DNA from: an uncultured Desulfobacterales bacterium
GTDB taxonomy: Bacteria > Desulfobacterota > Dissulfuribacteria > Dissulfuribacterales > JAMONC01
Direction of reading: 5' to 3'
DNA: 64,000 nucleotides
Assembly: GCA_964578585.1 (NCBI GenBank)
Contig: CAZODM010000001.1
Span: 13,683 to 77,682 of the forward strand
Shown here: piece after piece, positions 19,064 to 30,021 of the stretch
How the letters are laid out: every line of letters begins with the position of its first letter
Numbering within the stretch: the first letter of the stretch is position 1
Position numbers and translations under genes: made by a program
The notes under the pieces: model-generated
Told to the model about the DNA's origin: nothing
Database searches by the model: none
Seen by the model: only the letters and a program-made list of their open reading frames with translations

Positions 19064-19118
19064 TTTATAAGAACTCTGTCATACCCCTCAACGAGGTAAA
19101 AAACAGAGTTCTTATAAA
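19064..19118 (-). repeat. 16-bp perfect inverted repeat with nested mini-hairpin between the MCP and pilZ genes
   Basis: tttataagaactctgt (19064-19079) pairs with acagagttcttataaa (19103-19118). The 23-nt loop contains cctc-aac-gagg. Confidence 0.7.
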
Positions 19119-19152
19119 AACTAGATTAAATTAGAGTTAAAATTATTTATAC

Positions 19153-21231
19153 TTACGTTCTAAATTGGTTAATTACCTCTTTTAATTTTTCAGAAAGTCC
19201 AGCTAGTGTATGGGCAGCTTCTTTTACCTCTTCTGCACCAAGAGATGTTTGAGTACCTGCTTGAGCGATATTTTCACTAAGACGTGTCATCTCATGGACT
19301 TCAGAGCTTACTCTTTGGGTATTTTCACTTATCTCATTGGTTGTAGCAGTTTGTTCTTCAACAGCGGCAGCTATACTACCAGATAAATCAGCTACTTTGT
19401 TCATAACGTCTACAATCTTTTCTACTGCACTAAGAGCATCTTGAGCTCCTTGTTGTAACTCTTGAACTACTTGATCTATTTCACTTACTGAATCACCTGT
19501 TTGTTTAGCAAGCTCCTTTACCTCATTTGCAACTACAGCAAATCCTTTACCAGCTTCTCCAGCACGAGCAGCTTCTATTGTAGCATTTAATGCCAAGAGG
19601 TTTGTCTGCTCTGCAATAGAGCCTATAAGTTTACTAACCTCACCAATCTTTGAGGCGGCATCTGCTAGATTTACAATAACATCTTTTGCTTGAAGTACAT
19701 CTTCATTGGCCTGTTGAGATACATTTTGTGCTTCACTTGTATTTTGAGCAATTTCACTAACAGTTGTTGTCATCTCTTCCATAGCTGCTGCGACACTGCT
19801 TATGTTATCACTAGCTGTCTGTGCTGCCATATTGACTTCTTTCGCCTGACTTTCTGTCTGAGTTGCAGCAGCAACCATTTGTTCTGCAGTGGAAAGCATC
19901 CTTTCCGCCTCTTTTGCAACATTGTCACCTTGTCTTTTAACGCTTAAGATAACTCTTCTTACCATAGACAAAAAGGAATCTACACTTACTGATATCTCTT
20001 CGATCTCATTTTTGACCGCTTCTTTATATACAGGACATTCTTGACAACTACTATATACATGTGTGGTAAGCTTTGTGCAGGTTGGATTCCCGGAAAGGCT
20101 ACCAACCTCTGCCCAACATTTTGAACCAGGCTTATTATAACATTCACATTCTTCATTAGAACAATTTGATATCTGCCAACAATTCATTCCTCTAACACCA
20201 AGATCTGTATTTAAATCTGCATTAGAGATAGCAACCTTTAGCCTCTCATTTAAGAAGTTAAGTGGGGTAACAAGGGTCTTTGTCATAAATAATGCTAATA
20301 AGACAGCGGCTACAAGTCCTACTATAGCAGCAGCAATTGCCTCTAAGACAGTATTTTTAAGCTGTTTATGTAGTTCCGAGATATCTACAAAACGTACAAT
20401 TACACCTGCAAGTTTTCCATCGTAATCTTTATATGGAAAGGCAGTGATAAGGGTATCTCCTATCTCTTTTAGAGCTTCTCCTTTCTCTAAGGCTCTATTT
20501 AAAAATTCAGGAGTTATATAAGAGGCAAAATTTTCGGGTGGTGAATAAAGAATATTAAAATTTCCACATTTTTTAAAGTTATTAAAGGCTGAGACAATTG
20601 GAAGTCCATATAAAGCAACGTCTTCTCCTATCTTACTAGTATAGGCAGCAATATCTCTTAGGTTACAAAATACCTCTACACATCCTATAGGTTTGTTTGA
20701 ATTTCCATAAAATATAGGAGCAATACCTCTAACCGCCATCCCAGCTCTCCCTGGTTCTATACCAGCTATAGGGGTACCAGCAGTTAAAACATCTCTAATA
20801 CCAGGCCTAAAACTTGCTATATTGTCGCCATACCTGTTGGGTTTCCATACCCTTAGAAGAGAGATTCCTGGTTGGATTTCATAGTGTACCTTAAGTTCAG
20901 TATGTTTACTTTCTGTGTTAATCTTATCTATGATGGGTTTTGTTATTTCCATGAGGGTTTTTCTATCTTTTTCTGCAACTGCCCTTCTTATCCTATTAAT
21001 CTCTGAAAGTACTGTAGCAATCTTTAGATTTGAACGAGCAGTCTTTTGTATTTCATGAAGAAGTAATCTCTTACCATTTATTGCCTGATCTAATAAATCA
21101 GCCTTACGTTGTCTATAGTTTTGCCAACTCATAAAAGACTGAATACCAATCAAAAAGGCAACAACTAACATAATAGATATTAAAATCTTGGGAGCAAAAC
21201 GCATCCTATTGAATCTGGATACAATAGACAT
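19153..21231 (-). CDS. methyl-accepting chemotaxis protein with periplasmic Cache-type sensor and cytoplasmic Cys-rich module
   Basis: TM1, a roughly 260-aa PDC/Cache-like domain, then TM2. A Cys-rich segment (aa 351-402) follows, then the MCP signalling domain ([31 protein letters not shown]). Confidence 0.9.
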   Translation of the reverse strand: MSIVSRFNRMRFAPKILISIMLVVAFLIGIQSFMSWQNYRQRKADLLDQAINGKRLLLHEIQKTARSNLKIATVLSEINRIRRAVAEKDRKTLMEITKPIIDKINTESKHTELKVHYEIQPGISLLRVWKPNRYGDNIASFRPGIRDVLTAGTPIAGIEPGRAGMAVRGIAPIFYGNSNKPIGCVEVFCNLRDIAAYTSKIGEDVALYGLPIVSAFNNFKKCGNFNILYSPPENFASYITPEFLNRALEKGEALKEIGDTLITAFPYKDYDGKLAGVIVRFVDISELHKQLKNTVLEAIAAAIVGLVAAVLLALFMTKTLVTPLNFLNERLKVAISNADLNTDLGVRGMNCWQISNCSNEECECYNKPGSKCWAEVGSLSGNPTCTKLTTHVYSSCQECPVYKEAVKNEIEEISVSVDSFLSMVRRVILSVKRQGDNVAKEAERMLSTAEQMVAAATQTESQAKEVNMAAQTASDNISSVAAAMEEMTTTVSEIAQNTSEAQNVSQQANEDVLQAKDVIVNLADAASKIGEVSKLIGSIAEQTNLLALNATIEAARAGEAGKGFAVVANEVKELAKQTGDSVSEIDQVVQELQQGAQDALSAVEKIVDVMNKVADLSGSIAAAVEEQTATTNEISENTQRVSSEVHEMTRLSENIAQAGTQTSLGAEEVKEAAHTLAGLSEKLKEVINQFRT

Positions 21232-21293
21232 CCTAACTACCTCCTTTTATAAAAAGGACTTATTTAAAATCTTTCTAAAAAATCCTGAAGTTC

Positions 21294-21319
21294 TTATCGG
21301 ACTTTAAGAAAAGTATTTA
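21294..21319 (-). promoter_or_regulatory. possible sigma-28 (FliA)-type promoter for the MCP gene
   Basis: The minus strand reads TAAA-N14-TCCGATAA, against a consensus of TAAA-N15-GCCGATAA. It lies about 60 nt upstream of the ATG. Confidence 0.35.
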
Positions 21320-21423
21320 AGCGATAAATTTTTAACCATTGTGGGTAAGCATATTAATTTTAGGTAGCCTATAAGCACCTTTTACTAAAAGTTAAAAAGG
21401 TACATTTACTAAACTAATTATAA

Positions 21424-22200
<777 letters not shown>

Positions 22201-22213
22201 TTTCTAACTAAAA

Positions 22214-22255
22214 AGCGCTCCTTGCTAATATTTTATAAGGAGCGCTTGTTAAAAT
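22214..22255 (+). terminator. adk terminator hairpin
   Basis: AGCGCTCCTT-13 nt-AAGGAGCGCT (10-bp perfect stem), followed by TGTTAAAATGATTTT. Confidence 0.6.
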
Positions 22256-22350
22256 GATTTTGAATATTTTAGTTTTTATGCTAAATTCTGCTTATAAATT
22301 TTACCTCTTAGAAATTTTAAAATATCTAAACTAGCTCAAAATCCGGCAAG

Positions 22351-22386
22351 TATTTATTAAGATTATTATATTTATTAAGATTATTA
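22351..22386. repeat. perfect 18-bp tandem duplication
   Basis: tatttattaagattatta occurs twice, inside the 365-bp adk-gltX spacer. Confidence 0.9.
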
Positions 22387-22498
22387 AGTAGCTATGTCTT
22401 CTTTTTTTCTTATTCTTATCTGTTCTTATATTTTTTGTTTAACTTTATTAGTCTAATTTTTTATATTTTTTGTATTTTTACTTTATAAATCTCCTATT

Positions 22499-22526
22499 TT
22501 GATATATCTTTTTCTGACATTATAAA
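22499..22526 (+). promoter_or_regulatory. sigma-70-type promoter candidate for gltX
   Basis: TTGATA-N16-TATAAA, about 40 nt upstream of the ATG. Confidence 0.4.
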
Positions 22527-22565
22527 AAATAGTAGTCTTTTGACTAAAATAAAAAGGAGTTTATT

Positions 22566-24062
22566 ATGTCAGATGAAGTTAGGGTACGTTTTGCTCCAAG
22601 TCCTACAGGTTATCTACACATAGGAGGAGCAAGAACTGCTATATATAACTGGCTGTTTGCTAAAAAACACAATGGTAAGTTCATACTACGAATAGAAGAT
22701 ACAGATGCACAACGTTCTACAGAAGACTCTATAAAAGGTATCATCGATGGACTTACCTGGTTAGGGCTTAACTGGGATGAAGGTCCTTACTTCCAATCCG
22801 CTCATATTGAAGAACATAGACAAGCAGCTCAAAAGCTTATTGAGTTAGGTTGGGCGTATAAATGTTTTTGTACAAAAGAAGAGCTTGATGCTAAAAGAGA
22901 ACAAGCCAAGAAGGAAAAAAGACCTTTTAAATACGATGGAACATGTAGAAATCTATCTCCTGAAGAGATTAAAGAAAAAGAAGAGGCAGGACTTCCCTAT
23001 TGTATTCGTTTTAAGGTACCAGAAGGCCCTGGTGCCGTAAGCTTTGACGATGTAGTATATGGAAAAATAGAAAGACGTTTTGAGGATATTGAAGACTTTG
23101 TAATTGTACGATCTAATGGTTCCCCCTTATATCTTCTATCAAATGCAATAGATGATATAAGAGATAGAATAACTCATGTAATTAGAGGACAAGACGGCCT
23201 TGCCAACACTCCAAAACAGATACTGATTTATAGAGCACTGGGTGCTAAGATACCTGTATTTGCTCATATGCCTCTTACTCTTGACCTAAAAAAGAGAAAG
23301 ATATCCAAACGTACACATGGTGAAGTAGTATCAGTACAATTCTATAGGGAACATGGATTTATCCCATGGGCACTTGTAAATTTCTTGGTATTACTTGGCT
23401 GGCATGGACCAGATGATAAAGAAATATATTCTCTTGAAGAATTGATAGAAGCATTTTCTTTAGAAGGTATTGGTAGAGCAAATTCTATCTTTAATTATCG
23501 TCCAGGAGATCCCAAATTTTTTACAGATCCAAAGGCATTATCTATAAATGCTTATTATCTTAGAAATCTTCCTATAGAAGAAATAGCATCTTATGTAAAA
23601 CAAGAATTCTTAAGAGAAGGGCTATGGAATCCTGCCTACGAAGGTGAAAAACGCAAATGGTTTCTTGACACATTAAATCTTATAAGAACAAGATATCATA
23701 CCTTAAAAGACTTTGCTAAATTGGGACGGGCATACTTTTCTGATGAGTATCCATTTGATCCAAAGGCACTAAAAAAGAACATATTAAAACATCCTGAACT
23801 TGCAAACTGGCTACCTGAACTTGCTGAACAATTAGAGAAACTAGAAAGCTTTAATCTAGAAAATACTGAAGCAGTTGTTCGTAGCTTTGCAGAAGAAAAA
23901 CAGGTGAAACCAGGAATAATCATAAATGGTATCAGGACTGTTGTAACAGGACAAGCTGTAGGGCCAGGGCTTTTTGATGTATTAGTAGCAATTGGTAAAG
24001 AAAGAGTGGTTAAACGTTTAAAAGATACTCCTTTACTTTTTGAACAAAATGCCCCTCATTAA
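22566..24062 (+). CDS. gltX: glutamyl-tRNA synthetase
   Basis: RFAPSPTGYLHIGGART (HIGH motif) and KISKR (KMSKS motif). Confidence 0.95.
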   Translation: MSDEVRVRFAPSPTGYLHIGGARTAIYNWLFAKKHNGKFILRIEDTDAQRSTEDSIKGIIDGLTWLGLNWDEGPYFQSAHIEEHRQAAQKLIELGWAYKCFCTKEELDAKREQAKKEKRPFKYDGTCRNLSPEEIKEKEEAGLPYCIRFKVPEGPGAVSFDDVVYGKIERRFEDIEDFVIVRSNGSPLYLLSNAIDDIRDRITHVIRGQDGLANTPKQILIYRALGAKIPVFAHMPLTLDLKKRKISKRTHGEVVSVQFYREHGFIPWALVNFLVLLGWHGPDDKEIYSLEELIEAFSLEGIGRANSIFNYRPGDPKFFTDPKALSINAYYLRNLPIEEIASYVKQEFLREGLWNPAYEGEKRKWFLDTLNLIRTRYHTLKDFAKLGRAYFSDEYPFDPKALKKNILKHPELANWLPELAEQLEKLESFNLENTEAVVRSFAEEKQVKPGIIINGIRTVVTGQAVGPGLFDVLVAIGKERVVKRLKDTPLLFEQNAPH

Positions 24063-24074
24063 TTTGCTAATTAC

Positions 24075-24103
24075 TTGACAGGAGTAATACTGTAGCCTAC
24101 ATT
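24075..24103 (+). promoter_or_regulatory. sigma-70 promoter candidate for trxA
   Basis: TTGACA-N17-TACATT. Confidence 0.5.
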
Positions 24104-24184
24104 CATTCAGAAGTTGAGATGTAATTAGTATGTAAGGGGTTAGGGCTTTAGGAATAAGTTTTTAATGTTAGTTGAGGAGGTATT

Positions 24185-24517
24185 ATGTCTGAAGATAAAA
24201 TTGTTCACATTACAGATGCTACATTTGAACAAGAGGTTTTAAATAGTAATATCCCTGTATTAGTAGATTTTTGGGCTCCATGGTGTGGACCATGTAGAGC
24301 AATTGCACCAGTTATTGAAGAATTGGCAGGAGAATATGATGGAAAAGTTAAAATTACCAAGATGAATGTAGATGATAATCCAATTACTCCTGGACGTTTT
24401 GGTATAAGGGCAATTCCTACACTAATTCTGTTTAAGGGTGGACAAGCTGTAGATCAGATCACTGGTGCAGTTGGTAAACCAATGATTCAAGCAGCACTTG
24501 ATAGGCTATTGGACTAA
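24185..24517 (+). CDS. trxA: thioredoxin
   Basis: WAPWCGPC active site, 110 aa. Confidence 0.95.
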   Translation: MSEDKIVHITDATFEQEVLNSNIPVLVDFWAPWCGPCRAIAPVIEELAGEYDGKVKITKMNVDDNPITPGRFGIRAIPTLILFKGGQAVDQITGAVGKPMIQAALDRLLD

Positions 24518-24542
24518 CATCTAAAAGGACCAGGGCATAACT

Positions 24543-25310
24543 ATGCAAAAAATTGGCATATTAAGTGCCGTAAAGGGGAGAAATGTATCGCGCCGGAGCA
24601 ATATAAAAAGATGCTCCGGCTTATTTTTATTATTTTTATTAGTGTTTTGCTTAGGAGGTTGTGCCTCTATAAGCCACTGGTTTAAAAAACAAGGTAGTCC
24701 TCCAACAGCAAATGAACTCTATCAAAAAGCAATGGGATACTTTACCCATGGTCGTTATGCCCTTGCACAAGATATATTTAAACAGATACAAGACCAATTT
24801 CCTTTTAGCCCTTATGCTACTTTGTCTTCCTTATACTATGCAGATTGTAAATTTTTCGATGGAGATTATGAGGAGGCAGTCCCTCTTTATGAAGAATTTA
24901 TTAAATTACACCCTGCTAATCAATTTGTACAATATGCACTTTTTCAAGAAGGAACTTGCTATTTTAACTTAATCTGCTCTCCAGATAGGGATCAAACATC
25001 AACACATAAGTGTATAGAAATATATGAAAGATTATTAAACCAATTTCCTGACACTCCTTATAAAAAAGAGGTAAAACGTAGGATAGCCTTTGCAAAGGAA
25101 CGTCTTGCAGAACATGAGCTTGTAGTAGCCCATTGGTACTATAGGACTAACCAACTCCCTCAAGCTATATACAGATGTAAATACTTAATGGAACACTATC
25201 CTAATACACCTGCTGTAGCCAAGGCAAAACAACTCCTTCAAAAAGTTGCTCAAAGACAAGCCTTCTTAAAAACACATAAATGGTATTGGTGGTACAACCT
25301 CTTTAATTAA
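24543..25310 (+). CDS. bamD: outer membrane protein assembly factor BamD (TPR lipoprotein)
   Basis: LGGC lipobox and a YfiO-type TPR pattern (YYADCKFFDGDYEEA, VAHWYYRTNQ). Confidence 0.8.
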   Translation: MQKIGILSAVKGRNVSRRSNIKRCSGLFLLFLLVFCLGGCASISHWFKKQGSPPTANELYQKAMGYFTHGRYALAQDIFKQIQDQFPFSPYATLSSLYYADCKFFDGDYEEAVPLYEEFIKLHPANQFVQYALFQEGTCYFNLICSPDRDQTSTHKCIEIYERLLNQFPDTPYKKEVKRRIAFAKERLAEHELVVAHWYYRTNQLPQAIYRCKYLMEHYPNTPAVAKAKQLLQKVAQRQAFLKTHKWYWWYNLFN

Positions 25311-25319
25311 AAATTAAAC

Positions 25320-25652
25320 TTACTTTAAAGCTTTTTCTGTACATATCTCTCTTAACTTCTCAACAAATTCTACAATCTTAGGATCTGCAATCCTATTGTA
25401 AATATAATTAGCGTCCTTTCTACTAGTAATAATTTTAGAATGTCTCATGATCGCAAGGTGTTGAGAGATATTTGCTGTACTTGTCTTTAGATGATTTTGA
25501 AGTTCTCCAACACTCATCTCTGAATTTTGAAGAAGGCATAAAATTTTTAGCCTTATTGGATGTGCTAAAGATTTAAGAAACTCACATCCCACCTCCAACA
25601 TTTCATCATTTAAAATCATTTCTTGTTCTTGTAATTTTTGCACATTACCCAT
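25320..25652 (-). CDS. ArsR/SmtB family transcriptional regulator
   Basis: LAHPIRLKILCLL...MSVGEL...STANISQHLAIMR winged helix-turn-helix. Confidence 0.85.
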   Translation of the reverse strand: MGNVQKLQEQEMILNDEMLEVGCEFLKSLAHPIRLKILCLLQNSEMSVGELQNHLKTSTANISQHLAIMRHSKIITSRKDANYIYNRIADPKIVEFVEKLREICTEKALK

Positions 25653-25742
25653 AAGAGCTCCCCCTGAAAACCTCGAACTGTAAGAAAGTTAAGAAGACGA
25701 AACCAGCATGAGATTAACCACCCAGAAATTGCTTATTTAATT

Positions 25743-25771
25743 ATTCTAGTAATTCCTATAGAATTGGTCAA
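25743..25771 (-). promoter_or_regulatory. sigma-70 promoter candidate for the arsR-family gene
   Basis: The minus strand reads TTGACC-N17-TAGAAT. It implies a leader of about 85 nt. Confidence 0.45.
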
Positions 25772-25807
25772 ATGTTTTAAAAGAAATAAAAAAATTTTTT
25801 GTTTTAT

Positions 25808-26794
25808 TTACAATAAATGACAACGAACTATATGGAACCTAGAAATGTATTTTGCTTGAGGTACAGACTGCCTACAAATATCCTTAGCAAATGGACATCT
25901 TGGATGAAAATTACAACCAGTAATACTTGTACCTATCGGTGGAACAGAACCTTCTATTGGCTTAAGCCTTCCTGTTTTTATAATATCTCCATATGGCACA
26001 GAGGCCATTAACCCTCTAGTATAAGGATGGAGTGGATTTCTAAATATCTCATCAACAGTTGCCTCCTCAACTATCTTTCCTAAATACATCACCATTACCC
26101 TTTGAGCAATTTGTGCAACCACTCCAAGATTATGAGTTATAAAAAGAAGAGCTAGTCTATTCTCTTGTTGAAGTTTTTTTAAAAGCTCAAGTATCTGGGC
26201 TTGTATAGTAACATCTAGAGCAGTGGTAGGCTCATCTGCAATCAATAATTTTGGACCACAACTAAGAGCCATTGCAATAAGCGCTCTTTGTCTTAATCCA
26301 CCAGATAACTCGTGAGGATAAGCATTATAACGAATATCTGGTTCAGGGATTCCTACTTTAGACATTAAATCTAAGACATAATCTCTCACATCTTTAACTT
26401 CTTTGATATTATGGGCTATAATAGGCTCTGATATTTGCTCACCAATCTTAAAAACTGGGTTAAGAGCTGTCATTGGCTCTTGAAAGATCATAGATATCTC
26501 TCTACCTCTTAGCTTTCTGAGCCCATCTAAAGATAATTTTGTTAAGTCCCTACCTCTAAATAAGATCTTACTATCTTGAGAAAGATAAAGTGGAGGAGTT
26601 TGAAGAAGTCTTAGTATGGAAAGAGCTGTTATAGATTTTCCACAACCAGATTCACCAACTAAACACAGAGATTCTCCTTCTTTTATATAAAAAGAAAGGC
26701 CCTCTACCGCAGGTATAGGGCCTCTTTGTGTCTCTATTAAAATAGTAAGATTTACTACTTCAAGCAGTTTATTATTCTTCTCTTTATGCTGCAT
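25808..26794 (-). CDS. DppD/OppD-type ABC transporter ATP-binding protein (orphan, no permease nearby)
   Basis: Walker A GESGCGKS, LSGGLRQR signature, LLIADEPTTALD, and a C-terminal oligopeptide-type extension with Cys motifs. Confidence 0.85.
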   Translation of the reverse strand: MQHKEKNNKLLEVVNLTILIETQRGPIPAVEGLSFYIKEGESLCLVGESGCGKSITALSILRLLQTPPLYLSQDSKILFRGRDLTKLSLDGLRKLRGREISMIFQEPMTALNPVFKIGEQISEPIIAHNIKEVKDVRDYVLDLMSKVGIPEPDIRYNAYPHELSGGLRQRALIAMALSCGPKLLIADEPTTALDVTIQAQILELLKKLQQENRLALLFITHNLGVVAQIAQRVMVMYLGKIVEEATVDEIFRNPLHPYTRGLMASVPYGDIIKTGRLKPIEGSVPPIGTSITGCNFHPRCPFAKDICRQSVPQAKYISRFHIVRCHLL

Positions 26795-27521
26795 CCTTTA
26801 TTAAAAGTGTCGCAGGATCTAGTATAAGACCTGCATCTTGTTTCTCTATCCCCTTTAAAGCCTTTACTTTTACAATGCTTCCTTCTGGTTCAAGATTTAA
26901 GATAACGTCAAAAAGATCTTCAACAGGTCTCAATGGAAAAGGTATATCATCATTTGGACTTTCTTGATGACGATGGCTCTTAACTGCAAACCAAACTCTC
27001 ATAGAATGAGTCCTTGCAAGAAGTTTAAACTCACTTAGTACCTCTCTAACCTCTTCATCAAAAGGAAGACCATCAACTAGTACAATCTGAGGATAGAATA
27101 TTGCCTGTTCAATCAAATCATTTAGTCTTTCTTCAAGCTTTGGTACGCTAAATGTGTCTACATTAAAGGTCATAACAAAACGATGGGGTAATATCTCTTC
27201 CCATAATTCTGTGGTCTGAGTCAACTTATATTGTTTTGCAATATGCCTAAAGACCTCTTCATACCATAGACAAACCTTTTTTACTGGTTGATCTAAACAT
27301 ATATGAAGACAATTTTTACCCCTAAGAAGACTATCTAGAGCAAGTTGGACTAAAAGAGCAGTTTTACCTACACCCGCCCGTGCTACAAGGGCTCCAAAGC
27401 CACCAGGTTCAAGCACATGGCCAGTCTCTTCTCCAACAAGTCTAAGAGGATTTCTTAATATCAAATCCTTTTTTAACATCTCTAAAGACCTCTCTTTTAG
27501 ATGAATAATATCGGCCATCAT
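26784..27521 (-). CDS. single-domain RecA-superfamily (KaiC/RAD55-like) ATPase, function unknown
   Basis: Walker A-like ARAGVGKT and Walker B-like QIVLVDGLP. 245 aa. It overlaps the ABC ATPase gene by 11 nt. Confidence 0.5.
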   Translation of the reverse strand: MMADIIHLKERSLEMLKKDLILRNPLRLVGEETGHVLEPGGFGALVARAGVGKTALLVQLALDSLLRGKNCLHICLDQPVKKVCLWYEEVFRHIAKQYKLTQTTELWEEILPHRFVMTFNVDTFSVPKLEERLNDLIEQAIFYPQIVLVDGLPFDEEVREVLSEFKLLARTHSMRVWFAVKSHRHQESPNDDIPFPLRPVEDLFDVILNLEPEGSIVKVKALKGIEKQDAGLILDPATLLIKDAA

Positions 27522-27554
27522 TGGTCGATCATCTAGGCTATTTTCTATTATTTT

Positions 27555-29645
27555 TTAAGCTACCTTTTTCTTCTTTTCTGCTGCCTTTTTTATAAGTTCT
27601 TCTGCAATATTTTTAGGTACAGGTCTATAACATGAAAACTCCATGGTAAACTGGGCCTTACCCTGTGTAGCAGAACGAAGTGTTGTAGAATAACCAAACA
27701 TCTCAGAAAGAGGAACCTCTGCCTCTACTACACACATATCACCCTCATCTTGTGTACCTAGGATCATACCACGTCTCTGATTTAAAGAAGCCATTACAGA
27801 ACCCTGAAATTCTACAGGTGTCTCTACAGCAACCTTCATTATTGGTTCAAGTATTACAGGATTTGCCTTTTTATAGGCCTCTTTAAATGCCCCTCTTGCT
27901 GCTGCTTGAAATGCTAAATCAGATGAATCAACAGAATGTGACTGACCATCATTTATTACAACCTTTACTCCTGTTACAGGGAATCCAAGAAGTTGTCCTT
28001 TCTCCATTGCAGATTTAAAACCCTTTTCACAAGAGGGTATAAATTCCCCTGGTATTGCCCCACCTACAATACGACTTTCAAATACAAACTCTTCACCTTC
28101 AATTGGTTCTATCCAACCAGCAACTCTACCAAACTGTCCTGCACCACCAGTCTGTTTCTTATGAGTATAATTAAATTCTGCTCTTTTAGTAATAGTCTCT
28201 CTATAGGCTACTTGCGGCTTTCCTACACTAACCTCAGCATTGTATTCTCGTTTCATCCTCTCAATATATACTTCAAGATGGAGTTCTCCCATACCAGAAA
28301 TAATAGTTTCCCCTGTCTCATGATTTACATAAGTTCTAAATGTAGGATCTTCTTTAGTAAACCTAGAAAGTGCTTTAGACATATTTACCTGAGCCTTACT
28401 ATCTTTTGGGATAATAGCCAAAGAGATAACAGGCTCTGGCACATGCATTGAAGTCATTGTATATCGTATCTCTGGAGAAGTAAAAGTATCTCCAGAGGCA
28501 CAATCTATTCCAAAAAGTGCTCCAATATAACCTGCTGGAATCGAATCAATATCTTCCATTTGGTTTGCGTGCATACGTACAACTCTACCAACCTTAACCT
28601 TTCTTCCTGTCCTAGCATTTAAAATAAAATCCCCTTTTGATAGAGTTCCCTGATAAACTCTTATATAAGTAAGTTGTCCGTATCTGCCTTCTTCTAGCTT
28701 AAAAGCCAAAGCAACAAGTGGTTTATTAGGATCGGATACAAGCTCAACAGGCTCTTCATCTTTTTCCATATCAAGAGCTACGTTTTTAACCTCAGAAGGA
28801 GCAGGCAAATAATATGTAACGGCATCAAGCAAAGGCTGAACACCTTTATTTTTATATGCAGAGCCCATAAACACAGGAGTAAGCTCTCGAGTGAGACAGC
28901 CCTTTCTTACAGCCTCTCTTATAAGATCTTCTGTAATCTCACCTTCTAAAGCTGCCTCCATCAATTCATCAGAGAACATACTTGCTGCATCAATTAAAGC
29001 CTCTCTTGCCTCTTCTGCTTCTGCTCTTAATTCCTCTGGTATATCCTCAACCCTTACAAATTCACCGTTGTCTCCATCAAAATAAACTGCCTTCATAGTT
29101 ACAAGATCAACTACACCTTGAAAATCAGATTCAAGACCAATAGGTATCTGCATAGCCACAGCATTATGGCCTAACTTATCCTTTAACTGTTCTATTACAC
29201 GCTTAGGATTTGCACCACTTCTATCACACTTATTTATAAATGCAATACATGGGACATGATACCTTGCCATCTGTCTATCAACTGTAATAGACTGAGACTG
29301 AACTCCTCCTACAGAACAAAGAACAAGGATTCCACCATCTAACACTCTTAAGGATCTTTCGACTTCTATGGTAAAATCCACGTGACCAGGGGTATCAATT
29401 ATGTTTATCTCATGTCCCCTCCATTCACAGTAAGTAGCAGCGGAAGTAATTGTGATGCCACGCTCCTTTTCTAATTCCATAAAGTCCATTGTGGCACCAA
29501 CACCATCTTTACCCTTTACATCATGAATTGCATGAATCCTATTGGTGTAATAGAGGATACGTTCTGTTAATGTAGTTTTACCTGCATCAATGTGTGCACT
29601 AATACCAATGTTTCTCACTTTGTTAGGATCTCTTAACATAGCCAC
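27555..29645 (-). CDS. fusA: elongation factor G (stand-alone copy, outside a str operon)
   Basis: [17 protein letters not shown] and NKCD G-motifs, with all five EF-G domains. 696 aa. Confidence 0.9.
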   Translation of the reverse strand: MAMLRDPNKVRNIGISAHIDAGKTTLTERILYYTNRIHAIHDVKGKDGVGATMDFMELEKERGITITSAATYCEWRGHEINIIDTPGHVDFTIEVERSLRVLDGGILVLCSVGGVQSQSITVDRQMARYHVPCIAFINKCDRSGANPKRVIEQLKDKLGHNAVAMQIPIGLESDFQGVVDLVTMKAVYFDGDNGEFVRVEDIPEELRAEAEEAREALIDAASMFSDELMEAALEGEITEDLIREAVRKGCLTRELTPVFMGSAYKNKGVQPLLDAVTYYLPAPSEVKNVALDMEKDEEPVELVSDPNKPLVALAFKLEEGRYGQLTYIRVYQGTLSKGDFILNARTGRKVKVGRVVRMHANQMEDIDSIPAGYIGALFGIDCASGDTFTSPEIRYTMTSMHVPEPVISLAIIPKDSKAQVNMSKALSRFTKEDPTFRTYVNHETGETIISGMGELHLEVYIERMKREYNAEVSVGKPQVAYRETITKRAEFNYTHKKQTGGAGQFGRVAGWIEPIEGEEFVFESRIVGGAIPGEFIPSCEKGFKSAMEKGQLLGFPVTGVKVVINDGQSHSVDSSDLAFQAAARGAFKEAYKKANPVILEPIMKVAVETPVEFQGSVMASLNQRRGMILGTQDEGDMCVVEAEVPLSEMFGYSTTLRSATQGKAQFTMEFSCYRPVPKNIAEELIKKAAEKKKKVA

Positions 29646-30021
29646 TCACCTTCTTCTATAAGAGATTTTGTGTTTTTAGTCACAAAAAGATTTTCCTAGT
29701 ATAAAACCAGGCGCCTTAACTTTATATTTGACTGTTTCTTCTTTTCGGGGATTTTTATCGACCTACTTTAAAACCAGCCTTTTATCCTTAAAATCGTTAA
29801 TTTCCCTAATTCATAAAAATTATAAAAGGACATAACTTCCTTGGCGTCTGGAAGAAATACAGGTGCAGATGTTTAACTGTTTACTCAGCACTTGTCAAGA
29901 GAAAATTTTTTTAGACAACAAAAAAATAAAAAATTCATAAAAAGCTATTCATATCTTAACTCTAATACTATACTTTTAATAGTTTTTGTACCTATGCCAT
30001 GTAAAGAAAGGAGGTCTTAAG

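Noticed and set aside
22201-22565. The AT-rich spacer considered as a replication origin or DNA-unwinding element.
   Set aside because: I found no DnaA-box-like TTATCCACA motifs or clustered GATC sites. There are no dnaA/dnaN neighbours. The closest match, TTATCTGTT, is poor.
29646-29985. The long spacer upstream of fusA, considered as a riboswitch, leader or small RNA.
   Set aside because: Only short generic hairpins are present (for example TTTGTG-N8-CACAAA). I could recognise no conserved riboswitch core and could not run covariance models, so it is left uncalled.
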